From: an uncultured Fibrobacteraceae bacterium
Lineage (GTDB): Bacteria; Krumholzibacteriota; Krumholzibacteriia; LZORAL124-64-63
NCBI GenBank assembly: GCA_964384055.1
Contig: CAYLIV010000045.1
Span: 1 to 29,138, forward strand
Length of the DNA stretch: 29,138 nt
Direction: 5' to 3'
Positions 1-8,424 of this stretch are shown here, piece after piece. Positions within the stretch are counted from its first letter, which is position 1, and each line of letters opens with the position of its first letter. The notes beneath the pieces were generated by a model. It did not search any database. It saw only the letters and a list, made by a program, of their open reading frames with translations, and had not been told where the DNA came from. Both the position numbers and the translations under genes were made by a program.

Positions 1-212
1 AGGGGCTACCATCTTTGGCACCTTCTTCACAAACATGTGGAGGAGGTGCTTTCTTTTTGCAGTAGGGGATGCATTGACCTGTTCCCATCCCGAATCAAAC
101 AACGCCGGGCGGTGTGAAGGGGAAAGCCTGCGTGAGTTGAAATCTGGTCCAGTCGGAAGTTGGTGAATCTGTCAGGTTGAACCAGGATCTCCTTCTTCAC
201 CAACACGGCAAC

Positions 213-1895
213 TCAGGAACGAGACGGCCCGGATTGATCCTCTGGAATGTTATCAAAGTTTCTGAGTACCCGCTCGATGATTGTATCCGCCGCTGCAGCT
301 TCTGCGGCGACAACATGGGTGGCGCCAGCTTTCTCCAGGCGCTTCACATCGGTTTCGTAGGTGGTTCGCACGGTGATCCGCAGATCGGGTGCCGCAAGTC
401 GCGCGGCTCCAGTTACCCGAGCCGTTGCGTCCGGATCGTTGATAGCGACCACGAGTTCGCTGGCATCGGCAACCCCGAGATGCTCGAGCACCTCTGCGCT
501 CGTAACGTCTCCGAAGCAAGCCGGCTCTCCCCGCCGAGCCGCCTCCCGAACATTCTCGCTGTTGAGATCGACGATAATGTACCGCGCACCTATCTGTGTG
601 AGAGAGCGGGCCAGACCCCTGCCCGTCAAGCCATACCCGGCGATGATGACGTGGTCCCTCAATGACTCGGATTTCTGTATCTCCGCTATGGTTTGCACCT
701 GGAGCAGACGCGTCAAGTGGTTGAGCTTTCCCAATCCAGCCGCCAGGTGGGGCCCCAGCGCGAGCCCAAATGGCGTGGCCAGCATCGAAAGGATGATTGC
801 CACAGTGAGATTGCCCCGAAGAGGTTCTTCCAGCAGGCCTGTTCCGCTCGCCGCTAGAAGGAGGACAAAGGCGAACTCTCCGACCTGGGACAAAGAAGTG
901 GCGGTTAGGATTCCCACACGCGCCGGAAGCCTCATGATGGAAGCGGCAAGGAAAATGATGATGAACTTACCAACGATGATGGCGCCGAATAGTCCGAGAA
1001 TGGGGAGCAGGTTATCGAGCACGTTCCCGAGATCGAGCAGCATGCCGATAGAGACGAAGAACACACTGGCGAGAACATCGCGCAACGGGACAAGATCGGA
1101 GATCGCCTGCTCGCGATACCGGCTACCGGAAACGACCAAGCCGGCGAGAAACGCGCCGAGGGCCAGCGAGACGCCCGCGGTTGATACCACCCAGGCGGTC
1201 CCGAGGCAGATCAGAAAGACGGAAAGTACGAAGAGATCGCGCTCCCGCGTGCGTGCAATTGCTTCGAGAAAACGAGGCACGACCAATCGCGACGCCACCA
1301 GTACGCCAGTGATCACTGCTGCAGCCTTCAGTAGCAGGACCAGCACGCTCGTACCAGCGCTGGCGGTGTCACAAAGGACAGGAATGAGTAGGACCATCGG
1401 TACGACACAGAGGTCCTGAAAGATCAGAATGCCAAGTGCCAGCCGACCGTGCGGCGTCTCGAGTTCTCCCCGGGTCGACAGGCCCCTCAGGACAATGGCA
1501 GTGCTCGATACGGCGATAATGAAACCCAGCAACAGTCCCGATCGAATGTCTCGCCCGAACAGATCATTGAGCCATAACACGATCAGGATAGTGGTGCCTA
1601 CCTGGACGGCGCCTCCTACGGCGATCGGTCTCCAGAGCCGGCGGACCCGGTTCAAGGAGAGCTCGAGTCCAATGCCGAAGAGGAGCAGCACAACGCCAAG
1701 TTCGGCGAGAGTTTCGACCTGGTGGATATCCTGAACAAGTCCCAGCGCGTTGGGCCCGATAACTGTTCCGGCGACGATGAACCCCGCGATAGACGGCACT
1801 CCCAAGCGGCGTAGAAACGCAACTACGGCAACAGCTGCCGCGAGAATTATAACCAGGTCCAAGAGGAAGACTAGCTCAGTCACAGCCGTTCCCAT
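213..1895 (-). CDS. Monovalent cation:proton antiporter-2 (CPA2) family, KefB/KefC-like, with C-terminal RCK/TrkA-N NAD-binding domain (copy 1)
   Basis: The 560-aa ORF starts at an ATG. About twelve hydrophobic helices show the Na+/H+-exchanger pattern (GPNALGLV, LLFGIGLE). They are followed by a Rossmann motif, IIAGYGLTGRGLARSL…IVDLN, typical of RCK domains. Confidence 0.85.
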   Translation of the reverse strand: MGTAVTELVFLLDLVIILAAAVAVVAFLRRLGVPSIAGFIVAGTVIGPNALGLVQDIHQVETLAELGVVLLLFGIGLELSLNRVRRLWRPIAVGGAVQVGTTILIVLWLNDLFGRDIRSGLLLGFIIAVSSTAIVLRGLSTRGELETPHGRLALGILIFQDLCVVPMVLLIPVLCDTASAGTSVLVLLLKAAAVITGVLVASRLVVPRFLEAIARTRERDLFVLSVFLICLGTAWVVSTAGVSLALGAFLAGLVVSGSRYREQAISDLVPLRDVLASVFFVSIGMLLDLGNVLDNLLPILGLFGAIIVGKFIIIFLAASIMRLPARVGILTATSLSQVGEFAFVLLLAASGTGLLEEPLRGNLTVAIILSMLATPFGLALGPHLAAGLGKLNHLTRLLQVQTIAEIQKSESLRDHVIIAGYGLTGRGLARSLTQIGARYIIVDLNSENVREAARRGEPACFGDVTSAEVLEHLGVADASELVVAINDPDATARVTGAARLAAPDLRITVRTTYETDVKRLEKAGATHVVAAEAAAADTIIERVLRNFDNIPEDQSGPSRS

Positions 1896-2269
1896 CCGAT
1901 AAACCCCGGAGTTTTACCAAGCGGAATTCAGCCAGTTTGTTGAATCCGCCGCCGCCGACCTTAACATCGCAGAACGGCCCGGTATACAGATTATAGCCAG
2001 TCAAAACCGGCTGACCACAGAGTACTTATCCTCTGAGCTGGCACAACTTTCATTACTCCAGATTAACAGGGCCAGGCCGCGAGCATGTGTGAAAGATCTT
2101 CGATTCTTGCCTGCTCCCACTTCATGGCGTCTGCTGACTACCATCTCGAATGCCTCCCTCACCGATGGTTGGGGGAGGCAATTCTGTGTGCGAAGCGAAC
2201 CGATCAGCACTCATGGCCGATCTGGCATGGTCGCGTCGAGGAAAGGCACCCTCCCGGCGCGAAGCCAGG

Positions 2270-2965
2270 TCAAGGTGACGATCCCGGCGAACCGACAGGA
2301 ATCACGAACCGCAAGACACAGAAAAAATGTAGAGTTGTGCCTGCCAGCACGAACAGATGCCAGACGGCGTGATGGTAAGGGAATCCACGCCAGATGTAGA
2401 AGATAGCGCCGGCACTGTAAGCCGCGCCACCCATTCCCAGCCAGATCAGAGCCTGCATCGGGAGTGCCGCGGCAAGTGGTCGAAAGGCGATGGCCACGAG
2501 CCAGCCGAGGGCGAGGTAGAAAACGAGGGACAACCTTTTCCAGGGACGGCGCCAGACGACCTCGTAGACTATTCCCAGGGCCGCCAGCCCCCATCCCAGG
2601 CCGATGAGGGTCCAACCCCAGCCACCGCCCAGCACGATCAGGGCGAACGGCGTGTAGGTGCCGGCGATGAGCAGGTAGATGGCGCCATAATCCAGCAACT
2701 CGAAGACGAACTTGGCGCGGGCCGCGGTGAGGGCGTGATAGAGGGTCGAGGCAGCGTACAGGGTCAGTATGGACCCGCCGAAAATGGTGACGCCCACCAC
2801 GGTCTGCGCATCGCCTGACGCCGCAGCACGCCAAACAAGAATCACCAGGCCCACCGCGCCACCGAGTGTTCCGAGGCCGTGGGTGATCGCATGGGCGATC
2901 TCCTCGCCGCGTGAGAAACGATCATGCTCAAAGGTGCCACGCAACGGGACTCTCTCCTGATCCAT
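2270..2965 (-). CDS. Hemolysin-III / PAQR (YqfA) family membrane protein (copy 1)
   Basis: The 231-aa ORF starts at an ATG and has seven predicted TM helices. Family motifs are present: EEIAHAITHGLG, TLYHA, LLDYGAIYLLIAGTYTPF and YHHAVWHLFV. Confidence 0.85.
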   Translation of the reverse strand: MDQERVPLRGTFEHDRFSRGEEIAHAITHGLGTLGGAVGLVILVWRAAASGDAQTVVGVTIFGGSILTLYAASTLYHALTAARAKFVFELLDYGAIYLLIAGTYTPFALIVLGGGWGWTLIGLGWGLAALGIVYEVVWRRPWKRLSLVFYLALGWLVAIAFRPLAAALPMQALIWLGMGGAAYSAGAIFYIWRGFPYHHAVWHLFVLAGTTLHFFCVLRFVIPVGSPGSSP

Positions 2966-3012
2966 GGTGACAGGGCCGGTTGGCTCTGGGGCCGCCCCAG
3001 TGCAGGTCTAGC

Positions 3013-3048
3013 AGAAAAAAGCCCCGATCTCCAGAGAAGACCGGGGCC
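3013..3048 (-). terminator. Intrinsic terminator downstream of the RRM gene (copy 1)
   Basis: A 6-bp GC stem (gccccg/cggggc) with a 15-nt loop is followed on the minus strand by U6 (plus-strand A6 at 3015..3020). A second small hairpin, gcgcc-ttccg-ggcgc, lies at 3071..3085. Confidence 0.5.
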
Positions 3049-3098
3049 GTGAGGAAAATCGGGATTCACCGCGCCTTCCGGGCGCCGTGATCAGGTGC

Positions 3099-3368
3099 TT
3101 ACCACCTCGAGCCGCCGCGAGGCTCACGCGGGCGCGCCTCGTTGACGTTGAGAGCTCGACCGTCGACTTCCCGGCCATTGATCGCCTGGATGGCCTGCAT
3201 GGCTTCGTTGTCGTTCTCCATCTCCACGAATCCGAATCCCCGCGAGCGGCCGGAATCGCGATCGGTGACGACCGTGGCGCTGTTGACGGCGCCATGCTCT
3301 GCAAACAGGGAATTGAGGTCGGGGTCGGACGTGTCGAAGCTGAGGTTGCCCACATAGATCTTCTTCAA
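3099..3368 (-). CDS. RRM-type (RNP-1/RNP-2) RNA-binding protein with Arg/Gly tail (copy 1); TTG start
   Basis: The 89-aa ORF carries RNP-2 (KIYVGNLSF) and RNP-1 (RGFGFVEM). The start codon is TTG, since the plus strand reads caa at 3366..3368. A Shine-Dalgarno AGGAAG lies 7 nt upstream. The only alternative start is an internal GTG. Confidence 0.8.
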   Translation of the reverse strand: MKKIYVGNLSFDTSDPDLNSLFAEHGAVNSATVVTDRDSGRSRGFGFVEMENDNEAMQAIQAINGREVDGRALNVNEARPREPRGGSRW

Positions 3369-3437
3369 GACTGCACTTCCTTCGGAACTCGGAATCCGCC
3401 GTCATTAACAGATATCGGTTCAACTCGACGGATCTAC

Positions 3438-3462
3438 AAAAAAAGCCGGCAGGGTTGCCGAC
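3438..3462 (-). terminator. Terminator-like hairpin plus U7 inside the RRM upstream leader (copy 1); candidate attenuator or 3' end of an upstream small RNA
   Basis: Minus strand: gucggca-accc-ugccggc followed by uuuuuuu (plus-strand A7 at 3438..3444). The stem is better on the minus strand (G·U) than on the plus strand (C/A mismatch). It lies about 75 nt upstream of the RRM TTG start. Confidence 0.45.
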
Positions 3463-3976
3463 CGGGCGCAATATAGGTGGATTCGGGGGAAACACAAGGT
3501 ATTTCTCCGATCATCGGTTCCCTGCCAATGGTCCCGGTACCGGATGCACCTCGCTGTCTGATCACTGTTATAGTACTACGGCGAGTGCCCCGGCTCGCGG
3601 CCTCGGGAGTGCTCCAGCCGCGGTCTGGGAGGTGGCAGCCCAGGATTCAAATCTTGTGGCTCGAGAGGTGCGGCGGAGGATCGTCCAGACAGGAGTATAT
3701 CAATTCCGGGACGGAAAACCACTTCCGACGGAGCACTCCGGGAGAGGTTCGCATACTGTCCCATACGGGCTACCATCTTTGGCACCTTCTTCACAAACAT
3801 GTGGAGGAGGTGCTTTCTTTTTGCAGTAGGGGATGCATTGACCTGTTCCCATCCCGAATCAAACAACGCCGGGCGGTGTGAAGGGGAAAGCCTGCGTGAG
3901 TTGAAATCTGGTCCAGTCGGAAGTTGGTGAATCTGTCAGGTTGAACCAGGATCTCCTTCTTCACCAACACGGCAAC

Positions 3977-5659
3977 TCAGGAACGAGACGGCCCGGATTG
4001 ATCCTCTGGAATGTTATCAAAGTTTCTGAGTACCCGCTCGATGATTGTATCCGCCGCTGCAGCTTCTGCGGCGACAACATGGGTGGCGCCAGCTTTCTCC
4101 AGGCGCTTCACATCGGTTTCGTAGGTGGTTCGCACGGTGATCCGCAGATCGGGTGCCGCAAGTCGCGCGGCTCCAGTTACCCGAGCCGTTGCGTCCGGAT
4201 CGTTGATAGCGACCACGAGTTCGCTGGCATCGGCAACCCCGAGATGCTCGAGCACCTCTGCGCTCGTAACGTCTCCGAAGCAAGCCGGCTCTCCCCGCCG
4301 AGCCGCCTCCCGAACATTCTCGCTGTTGAGATCGACGATAATGTACCGCGCACCTATCTGTGTGAGAGAGCGGGCCAGACCCCTGCCCGTCAAGCCATAC
4401 CCGGCGATGATGACGTGGTCCCTCAATGACTCGGATTTCTGTATCTCCGCTATGGTTTGCACCTGGAGCAGACGCGTCAAGTGGTTGAGCTTTCCCAATC
4501 CAGCCGCCAGGTGGGGCCCCAGCGCGAGCCCAAATGGCGTGGCCAGCATCGAAAGGATGATTGCCACAGTGAGATTGCCCCGAAGAGGTTCTTCCAGCAG
4601 GCCTGTTCCGCTCGCCGCTAGAAGGAGGACAAAGGCGAACTCTCCGACCTGGGACAAAGAAGTGGCGGTTAGGATTCCCACACGCGCCGGAAGCCTCATG
4701 ATGGAAGCGGCAAGGAAAATGATGATGAACTTACCAACGATGATGGCGCCGAATAGTCCGAGAATGGGGAGCAGGTTATCGAGCACGTTCCCGAGATCGA
4801 GCAGCATGCCGATAGAGACGAAGAACACACTGGCGAGAACATCGCGCAACGGGACAAGATCGGAGATCGCCTGCTCGCGATACCGGCTACCGGAAACGAC
4901 CAAGCCGGCGAGAAACGCGCCGAGGGCCAGCGAGACGCCCGCGGTTGATACCACCCAGGCGGTCCCGAGGCAGATCAGAAAGACGGAAAGTACGAAGAGA
5001 TCGCGCTCCCGCGTGCGTGCAATTGCTTCGAGAAAACGAGGCACGACCAATCGCGACGCCACCAGTACGCCAGTGATCACTGCTGCAGCCTTCAGTAGCA
5101 GGACCAGCACGCTCGTACCAGCGCTGGCGGTGTCACAAAGGACAGGAATGAGTAGGACCATCGGTACGACACAGAGGTCCTGAAAGATCAGAATGCCAAG
5201 TGCCAGCCGACCGTGCGGCGTCTCGAGTTCTCCCCGGGTCGACAGGCCCCTCAGGACAATGGCAGTGCTCGATACGGCGATAATGAAACCCAGCAACAGT
5301 CCCGATCGAATGTCTCGCCCGAACAGATCATTGAGCCATAACACGATCAGGATAGTGGTGCCTACCTGGACGGCGCCTCCTACGGCGATCGGTCTCCAGA
5401 GCCGGCGGACCCGGTTCAAGGAGAGCTCGAGTCCAATGCCGAAGAGGAGCAGCACAACGCCAAGTTCGGCGAGAGTTTCGACCTGGTGGATATCCTGAAC
5501 AAGTCCCAGCGCGTTGGGCCCGATAACTGTTCCGGCGACGATGAACCCCGCGATAGACGGCACTCCCAAGCGGCGTAGAAACGCAACTACGGCAACAGCT
5601 GCCGCGAGAATTATAACCAGGTCCAAGAGGAAGACTAGCTCAGTCACAGCCGTTCCCAT
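3977..5659 (-). CDS. KefB/KefC-like CPA2 antiporter with RCK domain (copy 2, identical translation)
   Basis: Identical 560-aa translation, offset +3,764. Confidence 0.85.
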   Translation of the reverse strand: MGTAVTELVFLLDLVIILAAAVAVVAFLRRLGVPSIAGFIVAGTVIGPNALGLVQDIHQVETLAELGVVLLLFGIGLELSLNRVRRLWRPIAVGGAVQVGTTILIVLWLNDLFGRDIRSGLLLGFIIAVSSTAIVLRGLSTRGELETPHGRLALGILIFQDLCVVPMVLLIPVLCDTASAGTSVLVLLLKAAAVITGVLVASRLVVPRFLEAIARTRERDLFVLSVFLICLGTAWVVSTAGVSLALGAFLAGLVVSGSRYREQAISDLVPLRDVLASVFFVSIGMLLDLGNVLDNLLPILGLFGAIIVGKFIIIFLAASIMRLPARVGILTATSLSQVGEFAFVLLLAASGTGLLEEPLRGNLTVAIILSMLATPFGLALGPHLAAGLGKLNHLTRLLQVQTIAEIQKSESLRDHVIIAGYGLTGRGLARSLTQIGARYIIVDLNSENVREAARRGEPACFGDVTSAEVLEHLGVADASELVVAINDPDATARVTGAARLAAPDLRITVRTTYETDVKRLEKAGATHVVAAEAAAADTIIERVLRNFDNIPEDQSGPSRS

Positions 5660-6033
5660 CCGATAAACCCCGGAGTTTTACCAAGCGGAATTCAGCCAGT
5701 TTGTTGAATCCGCCGCCGCCGACCTTAACATCGCAGAACGGCCCGGTATACAGATTATAGCCAGTCAAAACCGGCTGACCACAGAGTACTTATCCTCTGA
5801 GCTGGCACAACTTTCATTACTCCAGATTAACAGGGCCAGGCCGCGAGCATGTGTGAAAGATCTTCGATTCTTGCCTGCTCCCACTTCATGGCGTCTGCTG
5901 ACTACCATCTCGAATGCCTCCCTCACCGATGGTTGGGGGAGGCAATTCTGTGTGCGAAGCGAACCGATCAGCACTCATGGCCGATCTGGCATGGTCGCGT
6001 CGAGGAAAGGCACCCTCCCGGCGCGAAGCCAGG

Positions 6034-6729
6034 TCAAGGTGACGATCCCGGCGAACCGACAGGAATCACGAACCGCAAGACACAGAAAAAATGTAGAGTT
6101 GTGCCTGCCAGCACGAACAGATGCCAGACGGCGTGATGGTAAGGGAATCCACGCCAGATGTAGAAGATAGCGCCGGCACTGTAAGCCGCGCCACCCATTC
6201 CCAGCCAGATCAGAGCCTGCATCGGGAGTGCCGCGGCAAGTGGTCGAAAGGCGATGGCCACGAGCCAGCCGAGGGCGAGGTAGAAAACGAGGGACAACCT
6301 TTTCCAGGGACGGCGCCAGACGACCTCGTAGACTATTCCCAGGGCCGCCAGCCCCCATCCCAGGCCGATGAGGGTCCAACCCCAGCCACCGCCCAGCACG
6401 ATCAGGGCGAACGGCGTGTAGGTGCCGGCGATGAGCAGGTAGATGGCGCCATAATCCAGCAACTCGAAGACGAACTTGGCGCGGGCCGCGGTGAGGGCGT
6501 GATAGAGGGTCGAGGCAGCGTACAGGGTCAGTATGGACCCGCCGAAAATGGTGACGCCCACCACGGTCTGCGCATCGCCTGACGCCGCAGCACGCCAAAC
6601 AAGAATCACCAGGCCCACCGCGCCACCGAGTGTTCCGAGGCCGTGGGTGATCGCATGGGCGATCTCCTCGCCGCGTGAGAAACGATCATGCTCAAAGGTG
6701 CCACGCAACGGGACTCTCTCCTGATCCAT
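6034..6729 (-). CDS. Hemolysin-III / PAQR family membrane protein (copy 2)
   Basis: Identical 231-aa translation, offset +3,764. Confidence 0.85.
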   Translation of the reverse strand: MDQERVPLRGTFEHDRFSRGEEIAHAITHGLGTLGGAVGLVILVWRAAASGDAQTVVGVTIFGGSILTLYAASTLYHALTAARAKFVFELLDYGAIYLLIAGTYTPFALIVLGGGWGWTLIGLGWGLAALGIVYEVVWRRPWKRLSLVFYLALGWLVAIAFRPLAAALPMQALIWLGMGGAAYSAGAIFYIWRGFPYHHAVWHLFVLAGTTLHFFCVLRFVIPVGSPGSSP

Positions 6730-6776
6730 GGTGACAGGGCCGGTTGGCTCTGGGGCCGCCCCAGTGCAGGTCTAGC

Positions 6777-6812
6777 AGAAAAAAGCCCCGATCTCCAGAG
6801 AAGACCGGGGCC
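6777..6812 (-). terminator. Intrinsic terminator downstream of RRM gene (copy 2)
   Basis: Same sequence as 3013..3048. Confidence 0.5.
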
Positions 6813-6862
6813 GTGAGGAAAATCGGGATTCACCGCGCCTTCCGGGCGCCGTGATCAGGTGC

Positions 6863-7132
6863 TTACCACCTCGAGCCGCCGCGAGGCTCACGCGGGCGCG
6901 CCTCGTTGACGTTGAGAGCTCGACCGTCGACTTCCCGGCCATTGATCGCCTGGATGGCCTGCATGGCTTCGTTGTCGTTCTCCATCTCCACGAATCCGAA
7001 TCCCCGCGAGCGGCCGGAATCGCGATCGGTGACGACCGTGGCGCTGTTGACGGCGCCATGCTCTGCAAACAGGGAATTGAGGTCGGGGTCGGACGTGTCG
7101 AAGCTGAGGTTGCCCACATAGATCTTCTTCAA
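6863..7132 (-). CDS. RRM-type RNA-binding protein (copy 2); TTG start
   Basis: Identical 89-aa translation, offset +3,764. This copy keeps the native upstream region, which continues into unique sequence at 7540. Confidence 0.8.
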   Translation of the reverse strand: MKKIYVGNLSFDTSDPDLNSLFAEHGAVNSATVVTDRDSGRSRGFGFVEMENDNEAMQAIQAINGREVDGRALNVNEARPREPRGGSRW

Positions 7133-7201
7133 GACTGCACTTCCTTCGGAACTCGGAATCCGCCGTCATTAACAGATATCGGTTCAACTCGACGGATCTA
7201 C

Positions 7202-7226
7202 AAAAAAAGCCGGCAGGGTTGCCGAC
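7202..7226 (-). terminator. Terminator-like hairpin plus U7 in RRM leader (copy 2)
   Basis: Same sequence as 3438..3462. Confidence 0.45.
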
Positions 7227-7712
7227 CGGGCGCAATATAGGTGGATTCGGGGGAAACACAAGGTATTTCTCCGATCATCGGTTCCCTGCCAATGGTCCCG
7301 GTACCGGATGCACCTCGCTGTCTGATCACTGTTATAGTACTACGGCGAGTGCCCCGGCTCGCGGCCTCGGGAGTGCTCCAGCCGCGGTCTGGGAGGTGGC
7401 AGCCCAGGATTCAAATCTTGTGGCTCGAGAGGTGCGGCGGAGGATCGTCCAGACAGGAGTATATCAATTCCGGGACGGAAAACCACTTCCGACGGAGCAC
7501 TCCGGGAGAGGTTCGCATACTGTCCCATACGGGCTACCAGTTTCCTGAGTACGGCTTCCCCCAGCGGAGGGAGGCCGTCTCTGTTTCAAGACAGAAATCA
7601 CCGCAGCCACAACCGACTCTTGCGCACCGGGCCGATTTGTCTATTCTTCCCTCGATCGGAATCATCCAGATGGCCGCTGCCGGCCACGCTCCAATCTCGG
7701 AAAGGCAACGCC

Positions 7713-8234
7713 ATGAGTGAACGACCGGAAATCACGCCCGACCTGATGGTCGGACAGTTCCTGGACGCGTATCCCGAGCTGGAATCCGAGCTCATTGCGA
7801 TCGCGCCGCCTTTCGAGAAACTGAGCAATCCGGTCCTGAGGCAGACGTTGGCCAAGATCACCTCCCTGCGCCAGGCCGCCCAGGTGGGGGGCGTCTCGCT
7901 CGGTGCGATGATCGGTCGCCTGCGCCAGGCTGCCGGCATCGAAGACGAATGGTCCGGTGACGAAGGCAGCGATACCGCCAGGCCCGAATGGCTCGACCGG
8001 GTCGAAGTGGTCGACGTCGATGACGCGCGCGCCGAGATCGAGCGAGGTGAACATCCCTTACCCAGGGTGATGGACGCGCTGAAGAACCTGCAACCGGGCC
8101 AGGCCCAGGTGCTGATCACGCCGTTCATGCCGGGACCCTTGCTGGACAAGGTCAGGGAACAGGGATTCACCGTCTGGAGCCAAGCGGTCGGCGAAGAGGA
8201 ATTCCACAATACCTTCGCCCGGCTGGATCCTTGA
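7713..8234 (+). CDS. DUF1858-like (hybrid-cluster-protein-associated redox-disulfide) N-domain fused to a DUF2249-like C-domain; function unknown
   Basis: The in-frame ATG at 7713 follows GGAAAGG and gives 173 aa starting MSERPEITPDLMVGQFLDAYPEL. The N-terminal half resembles DUF1858 (ITPDMTI.E.L..YPE). The C-terminal half, VVDVD…PLPRVMDALKNLQPGQ.LVL…P.PLL..L, resembles DUF2249. The longer ORF from 7620 runs into the RRM upstream region and is unlikely to be coding. Confidence 0.55.
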   Translation: MSERPEITPDLMVGQFLDAYPELESELIAIAPPFEKLSNPVLRQTLAKITSLRQAAQVGGVSLGAMIGRLRQAAGIEDEWSGDEGSDTARPEWLDRVEVVDVDDARAEIERGEHPLPRVMDALKNLQPGQAQVLITPFMPGPLLDKVREQGFTVWSQAVGEEEFHNTFARLDP

Positions 8235-8424
8235 AAGCGGAGCAGGCTCTACGTCGATCAGCTGGGCTGCGCCGTCGTGTTATGAAAAGCGCCGAGCAGC
8301 CTTGATCGCGGGGTTGTTGCCTCGGGGCAACAGGCTCCGGTAGCGGACCGCATCGCACTGGTTCGGGATCACGAAGTTAGCGGCTGGACGAAGCACGACC
8401 ACCGGCACTAGCAGGTGTACCGCG

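Larger units (their letters stand above)
3..3766. repeat. Tandem duplication, copy 1 of a 3,764-bp unit; it begins at or near the window start, so more upstream copies cannot be excluded
   Basis: The six-frame ORFs at 177..665, 213..1895, 2270..2965 and 3099..3368 recur with identical translations at +3,764 bp. Spot-checked intergenic stretches are also identical. The unit is bounded by GGGCTACCA at 3..11 and 3767..3775. Confidence 0.9.
3767..7539. repeat. Tandem duplication, copy 2 (3767..7530) plus the terminal 9-bp direct repeat GGGCTACCA (7531..7539); unique sequence resumes at 7540
   Basis: Identity with copy 1 holds through 7539 (TACCA). It then diverges, with g at 7540 versus t at 3776. 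The 9-mer occurs three times, exactly 3,764 bp apart. Confidence 0.9.

Noticed and set aside
361-1419. 352-aa plus-strand ORF inside the kefB-like gene; also 177..665 (+) and the copies at 4125..5183 and 3941..4429
   Set aside because: They are antisense to, or overlap, a well-supported transporter gene. The translation is Ser/Arg/Thr/Pro-rich low-complexity sequence.
2030-2050. TGGCAC box resembling the -24 element of a sigma-54 promoter
   Set aside because: The -12 GC element is missing (TCATT instead of TTGCA), and the orientation points away from the nearest gene starts.
3767-3775. The junction 9-mer GGGCTACCA ends in CCA, which could mean a tRNA/tmRNA 3' end serving as an integration site
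   Set aside because: The upstream 80 nt show no T-arm consensus (GTTCRANYC) and no acceptor-stem complement, and nothing matches a tmRNA 5' end. The fully identical 3.76-kb copies point to homology-mediated tandem duplication rather than island integration.
3455-3881. Plus-strand ORFs (124 and 134 aa) spanning the duplication junction
   Set aside because: They cross the breakpoint and so are chimeric. The region lacks an RBS and the translation is low-complexity. The region is better explained as the RRM gene leader.
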